Below, piece after piece: positions 57,431 to 64,000 of a stretch of 64,000 nt of DNA. A program made the position numbers and the translations under genes. Under the pieces are notes generated by a model that did not search any database, had not been told where the DNA came from, and was given only the letters and a program-made list of their open reading frames with translations. Source of the stretch: Psilocybe cubensis (lineage: Eukaryota); assembly GCA_017499595.2 (NCBI GenBank), contig CM039004.1, forward strand, positions 1 to 64,000. The letters are read 5' to 3'. Position 1 is the first letter of the stretch. Each line of letters opens with the position of its first letter.

Positions 57431-57746
57431 GGAGGCCGGCCTCCAGTTGCTGGCGCGTACGAGCGGAGGCCGGCCTCCACTCGCACGTACGACGCGCGTA
57501 CAAATCGAGGCCGGCCTCAGGTGGCCTCGATGTGTTTATTGTTAGACGGAGGCCGGCCTCCAGCGCCTGTCACTGTTTATTTTTAGATGGAGGCCGGCCT
57601 CGGATGTCTCGCTCTGTTTTTTTTAGACGGAGGCCGGCCTCCAGTCCCTGTCAAAAGTTATTTTTAGACGGAGGCCGGCCTCCAGTGACCTCCATCAATT
57701 TGGAGGCCGGCCTCCAGTGGCCTCGATCAATTTGGAGGCCGGCCTC
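57431..57746. repeat. Array of nine 12-14-bp palindromes (G)GAGGCCGGCCTC(C)
   Basis: Copies at ~57431, 57465, 57507, 57548, 57589, 57629, 57670, 57702 and 57733; period 31-42 bp. Confidence 0.85.
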
Positions 57747-57917
57747 GGTAAAATACACATTTAATTACGTAGCACCTCCGTATGTACAAAATAAAATATT
57801 TTGAAAGTGTATTTGGGGGTTTTTGGGGTCAAGGAATCCGAATCTGGCATCAGATTTCAGGAATTCTGAACAGGAGGCCCAATGCAACGAAGGGCCCCCC
57901 TTTGGGGGGGAATAAGC

Positions 57918-60276
57918 TTAGGCCCATAATTCCGTGTCACTCTGTAGTATTTAATCCTGCAGCCAAGTTTGTATCAAAAGAGCTTAAGCCGATTATTAAA
58001 TCGACTCCTTCAATCATACACGGAACGAAGGATCTCTTTACGAGATTAAGCCAATTGCGTATAGACTCCAAAAGACAATGGTATTTTGTCACTGGAGATG
58101 TAGTTGCTTTCTATCCCAATATCCCGTTGGACTTGTGCATCGAAATCGTTTGTAGTATGTACGAGGAATGGTTACTCAACACTTCGGAAGAAAACACTGC
58201 ATTAGCCCATATTAAACCAAATTCGTTAGAGAATAACTTGGTTAAATTGGGCATCTTTAAACGTACTATCGAGATTGGCAATACGCAATTGATAACACAA
58301 CATGGGTCTAGATATTTTAGACAAAAAAATGGCCTCGCAATGGGCGTCGCGGATTCTCCGGACCTTGCTAACCTCTTTGGAGCCCATTTTGAAATAAAGT
58401 CAAAAATCTTAGACCACCCAAATGTGGCCTTCTATGGAAGGTACATCGACGATTGTTTCGCAATTGTTTACGCCGAGTCCGAAGCACTTGCACTTAATTT
58501 AATTAAAGAAACAATAAAGTTCGATGGTTGTGTTATTGAATGGGCTGTTTCCTCGTCGGGATGTCAATTTCTCGATGCTTTCATATTCAAGGAGTCTGGA
58601 AAACTTCATTGGAAGCCTTTTGTCAAGACAGGAAACAACCGAGAACGAGTTCCATGGGTATCACATCATCCTTTGGACGTCAAACGTGGCGTCTACATTG
58701 GAGAGTTATCCAGGTTAGCCGTGCTATGTAGTACCAAGGAAATCTACATTGGAGCAATTAGAGACCTTAACGCTCTCTATTTGATGCGCGGTTATCCCGA
58801 AAACCTAGTCATGTCTTGGTGTAAGAAGAATATACAAGAACGTTGGGAAAAGCGATTCGCTTTACGAGTCGCAGAGCACGACGAATCCATTCTTGTACTT
58901 AAAACCAGGTTTGATCAGGTATGGAATTGGTTTTCAGCTGCTGAACTTGGAAAAACTGTTACCGAGTACTGGTCGGCATGGTATGAACATGCCGAGAAAG
59001 GTCTGTATAGTGCAGACTCGTCCAGACCCCTTATCAAACCAGATCCAAATTACGTTCACGACCTTGATGATGTTCGCCCGGAGCTGTTCACACAGATCCT
59101 CGTGAACGGAGAAACTGAGTTCGTACCGGATTTGAGGAAGATAGGACTACTCGGAAGTCGTTGGATAGTATCGCGAAAGCGCAATACTAATCTTTTCGAC
59201 CTTGCAAATGTGTGGAAGAAAACAGTCTTTCGTAAACTGGATGAAGACATCGCTGAAAAAGGTGGTGTTGTTCCTGAAACTCAAAACGTTAATGAAACTT
59301 ATCATTCTGCTCTAGTTGAAGCTGCTGAACAGATAAGTATCGAAAGTGATAACGAGATAATACTTCATAGACGTTCAATCTCACAAGAGAGGGAACATCC
59401 AGAATTCGGCAGAATATCCAAATCTTACAACCGATGAAAAGAATACTAGCGCGTAAGGCGTAAAGCATTAGAAAAAAACCCTAACCGTAAGTATTCCTTG
59501 CTACAAAGTAACAAACATCTACTTACAAGCAACACATTGGATTGAATAGCTAAACCTAAACCCTAAACCCTAAACCCTAAGCCCTAACCTAACCCCAACC
59601 CTAAGCTAACTAAGTCTAACCTTAGTAGGAAGTAAGGTAGGCGTGTGAACTTCCGAACGGCATGTGATTGTGAAGGGCCGGATCTAATTTAGTACATGGG
59701 AAAAGTTACTTAGTACTTCGGGAAAAGTTCCTTAGTACCGTGGAAACATTTTTGATGGACCGGATCATGAACTGTCCAATTAAGATTCACAACAATCAAT
59801 CATTTGATTGTTAGGTAAGGACCCAGTTAAGCTATTTATACTCTAGACATGTGAATATTCCCATGTCGCGGTTACTCGGAGCCACGTAACCAGAGTAATC
59901 TATATCCATGTGATTCACATCACAGTCAATAACCCACGATGTCAAAGAACAAAAGTGTTGGATCCACTTTTGACAGGCTACCATGTGCCACATCGACCCG
60001 TGACACTCTGTTCATCAGAGACCTGTCTAACTTGACAATAAACATTGACAGATTTGTGATAGTCGGTAAGATACATGACAGCTGCGCAGCATCACTTCAC
60101 GCGCTGTCATCGGATGTTCCAGAACATTCCTTCTAAGAATAGCCACTGAAGAGTCTATAAAGACGAAAGGGCTGGTTGTTGGTACCCCCCAACAGCCCTC
60201 TGGCCTTCTTTCATTTTAACTCACAGTTTAAATAGTCGCTCGCACCTCGCTTCGCTCGGTGCTCGCTCCCCCCCTA
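57918..60276 (+). mobile_element. PLE family A copy A7, 5'-truncated, internal location
   Basis: Homology starts at TTAGGCCCATAATT (RPII motif); RT frame open to 59437; 3' UTR and pLTR present; no telomeric cap at the 5' junction. Confidence 0.92.
60134..60210 (+). ncRNA. Hammerhead ribozyme (third stem III variant), cleavage after C60200
   Basis: CTGAAGA GTC..GAC GAAA GGGCTGGTTGTTGGTACCCCCCAACAGCCC TC TGGC. Confidence 0.88.
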
Positions 60277-60296
60277 AACCCTAAAACCCTAAACCC

Positions 60297-63200
60297 TTCC
60301 TCCATCGCCGTTAAACCGGCCGCGCCTCAGCTCACCAAGGCTTTCGCTGAGACGCCGGAGGGCCGTCAGACTACAAAGACGATCGTCGATGCCCAAGTGG
60401 CTGCTGCGGGGGCAACCCTACAGCACATGATTGACGCTAAGAAGTCAGACTTGGCCTTCATGGAGAAGAAGTTCGACCACAACGTGTTGTTCGCCAAGGC
60501 GCACGCCTTACTTCGCGAGAGGTTTGCCGTGCTCGACGCGACCAACAGAATTCCCACCTTCAAGCCAGGCGCTGAAGAGGGCGAACTCGAGTTGAAAGGT
60601 TGGACGAGTAACCCTACTGTCAAGACGACGTACACCCACCTCGTCTCTGACGTTCTCGTCTTCTGCACGCAAACGGTCCAGTTTGTGCAAATGCGCTCGC
60701 ACGCTATCGAGAGCAAAAGCAAGGCGAAGCGAGAAATCAAGGCCTCGGCCGACGTTGAGATGACGGACCTTACTGGCCCATCGTCGTCTATCATGTCGTA
60801 CATCGACAAAGCTGTTAACAACGCCGTCAAGGCAGGCGGTGGCAAGGTCAGTCCTACCGCCTTTCTACCATTGTTCACCTCGATTGACCAACCCCTTCCA
60901 GCCGTCCTCTTCGAAGGCTTCGGGGTCGAAACCGGTGAGCAACATGGCCGACGCGCGAAAAGCTATCGCACAGCTTCAGCGCGAGGTCGCCGTACACCGA
61001 CTGCCGAAACTAACCCGTTGGCAGAAGCAAGCCGGAAAAAAGGCTGCCTCCGATGCGCGCAAGGCGAATCGAAGGAAGGATGCGGCATTCGAGAGGAGGA
61101 AGTCCGCCGTCAAGGCCGACAACGAATCTCGCGCGGCTGCCCGCGATGCTGCCAACAAGAGGGCACGTCAAGATCGCAACAAGGGCAAGGGCAAGAAGAA
61201 CTCCAAGTAGGAGTCTACGCATCGCCTCCAACGGGGTCTTTGCCGATCGACTTCAGGTACGATAGTCCCGCTTCTTACCCGGACTGGTTTTTAACCGTCT
61301 CTCACCCAGTGGCCGTCTCTTATGTACTTTTAAATACTCCTATCGATGTTATAGAGCAATGCCAATTTAAAAGTTATGTACATGTGTCCCCTGGTGTGAC
61401 CATAAGCCGTGAAATACAATATCACTTATCCGTCGGAATGAGATATATGTTCCATTCCCCACGCAACGTTAATCTGATTTCAGACGCGTGGAAAGATTTT
61501 GAAAGACGGGTGCGTTGGCGCCTGTACTTCTCCTTTATACAAAAGGAGTCTGATTATGATCCTGACTTTGAGTACGAACGCACTCCCAGTGAATACGTAC
61601 CTAAGTTTCCGCAATATATCGAAAGAGGGTTCGCTCGCGGTGAAGCTTTTGTATCAAAAGCAATTCTTAATATTCCGCCCGAACAAGACAAGGACATTAG
61701 AAAATCGTTCAGTCCGAGTTATTCCTTAATCGAAAAGTTTTTACTGGATAACGACTATGTTGTTACTGGAACAGATAAGAACCTAGGCATCGCGGTGTCC
61801 GAACGAACCTGGATCATAAATAAATGTCTCGAATTACTTAGTAATCCGCTCGATTACGAGTGTATTACTCCCCTAAGAAGAGACAAATTCTTTAAGCTAC
61901 AATGCGATACTGCTGTAGAACTAGCTAACTTTGCGCTAGTTAATAAAGTGCGATACTACGGCCAACTTCAACACTTCTTGCGGTCCAACGCACCTCCATA
62001 CGAGTTAGTTGGTGGAAAGTGGAAGTGGGATGAAAACAATCCAGTGAAGGTGCCTGTCTTTTACGGGATACCCAAAATTCACAAAACACCCGTAAAAATG
62101 CGGCCTATTATACCGTGTCACTCCGCGATTCAAAATCCCGCGGCCAAATATTGTAGCAAAAAACTTAAACCGCTTATCAATGCGGCGCCATCCATTATAC
62201 ATGGAACCAAAGACCTGGCGATAAAATTAAGTAAGCTCGAGTTGAATACGAGTCGTCAGTACTTTATTGTTACTGGCGATGTAGTTGCCTATTACCCGAA
62301 TATACCAATCGATTCATGTCTACAAATTGTATCTGACATGTACGACGAGTACTATACGGCCGAAGAGAATAGAGCATGGGATGAAGATCCCGACTACGTC
62401 CCGATTTCACCCGATGAACACGAACTGTTCAGACGATGCTTGAGATTCGGAAATACTCAGCTTATAGCACAGTTTCAAGATAAATTCTACTTGCAGAAAA
62501 GAGGATTAGCGATGGGAGTCGCGTCTTCGCCGGATTTAGCCAATCTCTACGGCTGGCATTTCGAGCGCTCAAGTGGAATTATGAATCACCCGTCCGTAGC
62601 TTTCTATGGCAGGTACATCGACGATTGTCTTGCAATTGTTTATGCTTCTTCAGAACTAGAAGCCGTAAACATTATGAAGACTTTAACATTCGCCGGCTGT
62701 GTAATAGAATGGTCCGCTTCAAAGGCTCAGCCTTTCCTCGACATGCTTCTTTACATCGATTTTGCCAATAATCGACGTTTAGAACACATGCCGTACCGCA
62801 AGAGCGGAAACCATCAGGAAAGAATTCCATTCGTTAGCCATCATCCCATGGACGTCAAAAGAGGCACGTTCATCGGCGAGATGAGTAGGATGGCCACCCT
62901 CAGTAGTACTATAGTCCACTACCGAGATGCGATCAAACAACTTGTTGCTTTGTACATCGCGCGTGGTTATCCGAGCGGCTTGGTATCTAAATGGATGCGA
63001 GAAAACATCAAAGTACGATGGCAGAAACGGCTGAATGTCCCTGTCCGTGCGCACGAAGACGTGCTTGTTCTCAAATCAGAATTTAATACCGCATGGAATT
63101 GGTTTTCCGCGCAAGAGCTCAAAGACGTACTTGTGGGATATTGGCAGAACTATATGATAAAAGCTGCCAATGGGTCGTTCGATGATGAATACCCCATTTT

Positions 63201-63651
63201 GTCCCATCGTACTGGAAGCCTGGAAGGGCCGACCATTCCCTATGAGGTGCTTACGCAAATCAGAGTGAGTGATCTGCCTTCTCCTTTCCATATGGTGGAC
63301 ATCAGGAAAATTGATGTCCCACGAAGAAGAATTCTTGTGTCGCGGAAACGCACCAAGAATCTTTTCGACTATACAAGTCTTTGGAAAAAACTCGTCGTTG
63401 AGAAGCTCGACAAGGATGTTCTTAATCCTGACGACAACGCTAATACGGCGCACGATATTAACAACGCCTTGAACGATTCCCGCTCCGGTGGGTCTCTAGT
63501 AGGGCCGCGCGAAATTGTGTTGCCGGGCGAAGTCGACGATGCTCCGTCTCCCATGTCTATAAATCTTCACGCGGGAAGTGATGATCCCATGGAAGGCGAT
63601 TTGGAGTACGTCGAACGTCAAGATGTCCTTCTCGATAACTTATTCAGATAA
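60297..63651 (+). CDS. Family B ORF1-RT polyprotein (N-terminus truncated)
   Basis: ADVEM, DKNLG, PKIHK..RPIIPCHS, GDVVAYYPNI, GLAMG, YIDD, RGYP and SRKRT motifs; predicted intron 60847-60901. Confidence 0.9.
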
Positions 63652-64000
63652 AGCAGCACACGCTTAGATGTGTAAGGGTCTACACATAGGCCTTCTGCGG
63701 CGTGTCTAAACTAGACGTTTAATGCTAAAACCTGGTAATTCCTCTTCTGTCGTCGTATGACTTCGTCGAGGTTCTGTCCTGCTAGTTTGGGAGTGTAATT
63801 AGATTTCCCTTGGGGTCGCCCATCTAGTAAAGATCAGGCAGTACGCTGGAAACAGCTGGTCTGGGCCTTAGGGTATCCAGTCAGTGACTGCTCCAACGTC
63901 CCGATTCCGAAAGGACAAAGGTGGTTCGACTCGTGAACGAATGAAAATACATTACTCTGATGGCTTGCCATAGCCGTAATGAATAAGTTCAGCACTCTTG
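60297..64000 (+). mobile_element. Divergent Penelope-like element (family B), 5'-truncated and capped by a telomeric tract (60272-60296); runs off the window
   Basis: Protein-level homology to family A with little nucleotide identity. Confidence 0.9.

Noticed and set aside
57431-57746. CRISPR-like array of regularly spaced palindromes
   Set aside because: Repeats are only 12-14 bp, spacers resemble one another, there are no cas genes and the context is eukaryotic
57782-57917. Novel N-terminus of the 551-aa ORF
   Set aside because: Chance open frame in flanking DNA upstream of the truncated RT; homology begins at ~57918
60259-60296. Start of the 1130-aa ORF (MLAPPLNPKTLNP)
   Set aside because: Translation of the pLTR end and telomeric repeats, not the true N-terminus

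Overview
Left end of a chromosome from an intron-rich fungus, most likely an agaricomycete basidiomycete (inferred from the gene families present). Bases 1-206 are a (CCCTAAA)n telomere. Bases 206-23835 are a head-to-tail array of endonuclease-less Penelope-like retroelements of the Coprina/Athena type: three full-length copies and three 5'-truncated ones, separated by short telomeric tracts. Each ~730-bp terminal repeat (pLTR) carries a type I hammerhead ribozyme. The standout observation is one hammerhead interrupted at its cleavage triplet by a 929-nt ORF-less group I (IC1-like) intron (17323-18251). Its guide sequence pairs with the hammerhead, and it carries a 12-nt perfect antisense copy of part of the hammerhead core. 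This would be a nuclear, non-rDNA group I intron that appears adapted to a retroelement ribozyme. Both Penelope-like families and the Ty1/copia element also contain a small frame-shifting spliceosomal intron that could switch between a short structural protein and the RT fusion. The subtelomere (24-58 kb) holds a NACHT/NLR pseudogene, duplicated membrane-protein genes (one hit by an intact copia element), a MITE, an atypical G-alpha gene and several repeats. A second, internal Penelope-like array starts at ~57.9 kb and includes a divergent family. All calls come from reading the sequence; no searches or folding programs were run.
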